Origin: Geosiphon pyriformis uo1
Lineage: Eukaryota > Fungi > Glomeromycota
Direction of reading: 5' to 3'
DNA: 64,000 nt
Assembly (NCBI GenBank): GCA_016748015.1
Contig: JAAOMT010000557.1
Span: forward strand, 248,001-312,000
Shown here: positions 62,237-64,000 of the stretch, in pieces
How positions within the stretch are numbered: the first letter of the stretch is position 1
How the letters are laid out: every line of letters starts with the position of its first letter
Notes under the pieces: generated by a model
What the model saw: only the letters and a program-made list of their open reading frames with translations
What the model was told of the DNA's origin: nothing
The model's database searches: none
Translations under genes and position numbers: made by a program

Positions 62237-64000
62237 CTATTGATTCTTTTTCCCTTCCCGTCTTTGAAGATCTTCGTAAGCTGCTAAAGCGACAGCCTTC
62301 TCATATTCATCAACACATAACAAATCTTTTGCACTATAAGTCAACCCGTATCCAGTTTCCGGAGGACAATCAGAAACTCGAAATTGTAATTCTTGACCAC
62401 GTTCAACTAATATCTCGCCAGTTACCAATTTGCCCCACAAGTCGAGCACTGGCAAATCATTATAATCTGCCAATCTTTCATTAGGTAACTCTTTAACAAT
62501 AATATAACTGTCAATAAGTGGTATTTCGAAAGGGTGAGGTGATTTTTGTCTTTGCTGATGAATATGCATTCCGTATTCTGCATGATTTGTTGACAGACTT
62601 GCAAAATTATTAAAATTCGGATATAGCATGACGTATCCACGGAGGTAAACAAGTTCGATAAAAAATCGTTTCCATGAATTCTTCCAACGATTTGATCGAC
62701 TATCGGGAACAGTGATATTTTGTAACTTGATAGTTTTTATGTCTTGCATACGTCCTGTCAAGTATTCATGAAATTCGCGCCAGATCTCCGGAAAATAAAC
62801 AGCACCCCAACTGCACGGCACTTGGGTGAGATATGGAGAATGTTCGTGAATTTGGGCCATTTTAAGTATCGATGACGGATCAAATTTTTTGCGACCAGTA
62901 ATATTTAGTTCCAAATGATTAGGACTATATAAGCTTACGCCAAACATTCGTTTGCTTGATGAACGATCGGAGCCGTATCGATATTTCAATACGTTATATT
63001 TTATCCAAATATAAAAAAATGGTGAAACCTCGACATCATCCTCTAAAAGGACGGCATATTCATCTTCATTAGCAGGATAAAAAGATTCTACAATAGCAGG
63101 TAACAGACCACCCTGTTGTACCCGATGTCGAAGAGTCACTGGGCCAAAACGCCATTTAAATTTCTGAGCGTAGTCAATCGTGATAGGATCAGCACCTTGA
63201 TCCATATTTATCGTGAGTGGTATTTCATCACCAAGAGAATAGGAAGATTCAAGCGACCGTAGTAAACGTGAAAAAGAATCAGGTCGATCCTGGGTGATAA
63301 TTTGGATATAGATTTTTGGTGTATTCCAGTCTATAAATATTGAAGATAATGTTAAAAAATTAGCCAAAGTAGACTAATTTTCATTAAAAAAAAAAAAAAA
63401 AAGAGCCTACATTTCAACGTGTCTATTGTAAGATTTGGTAACCAATCTAAATATTCAATTTCGTTCAAATGCACTCCTATTCCAGTTACATCTACAGAAT
63501 CAGATATTGCAGCAACTAAACCACGTGTTGCAGAATTTCGAAAATCTTTGACGTAAAAGACAATTTCTGGTTTTAATCGACCTAATATTAGGAGCATTTC
63601 CTGGAAAACTTTTGATAAAGTATTCACGTAATCTTCGGATGACCAAGTAAATCTGCTAGAATGACCGACGTCCAAGTCAAAAATAGTAAGAGAACAATTA
63701 TGAAATTGACTTTGATTAATCAATTCTGTCATTTCTGTTCCACTCATTCCTCGTTGACTGCCAGTAACGACAACATTAAGGGAAAGAGAACGGTCCGACT
63801 GTTTTGCAAATTTGCAAAAAATTGGGTGCAAAAGTTTTGCTTGTTGACTTCCGTCAACAAACACTAGAAATTTTTGTGTAGTGCTAGATGCGTCGAATTC
63901 GTGACTGGCTCGAGATTTTAAGGGTTGAAGGGTACTTTGACCTCCAAATATATAAAAAGTTGTCGAGAAGATGAGGAAAATAGTGAGCAGTGCCGAAAGG
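62237..64000 (-). CDS. Glycosyltransferase family 2-like (GT-A fold) protein; 5' end beyond the window
   Basis: IQIITQDRPDSFSRLL.SL, LLEDDVEVSPFFY (DxD-type), QVPCSWGAVYFP, SWKRFF..VMLYPN. Intron at ~63330-63408. Confidence 0.85.

Overview
Eukaryotic fungal DNA with short spliceosomal introns. The style points to Glomeromycotina/Mucoromycota, possibly Geosiphon-like; the taxon is an inference. About two thirds of the window is decayed transposons and extremely AT-rich 'deserts'. The TE content is: (i) a nested stack of a hAT relic, a Ty3/Gypsy element (B) and a full-length Ty3/Gypsy element (A, 5138-14974), abutted by a 5'-truncated LINE; (ii) a second near full-length L1-like LINE with RNase H (44030-51862); (iii) three copies of an ORF1-only non-autonomous LINE derivative; (iv) two solo LTRs. 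Both Gypsy elements share an unusual layout: gag-PR-Cys-rich domain-dUTPase-RT-RH, STOP, a separate integrase ORF, then a conserved non-env ORF3. All TEs show almost exclusively C>T/G>A decay, including outside CpG. Host genes: an Ash1-type GATA factor in an isolated island with about 5.7 kb of upstream non-coding DNA, and a compact cluster (VMA4, NAD(P)HX epimerase, a Crinkler/Ubl-like protein, a small mitochondrial protein, MTC1, a GT2-like protein). One assembly gap with an artefactual duplication lies at 19465-21165. All calls were made by eye; no searches were run.
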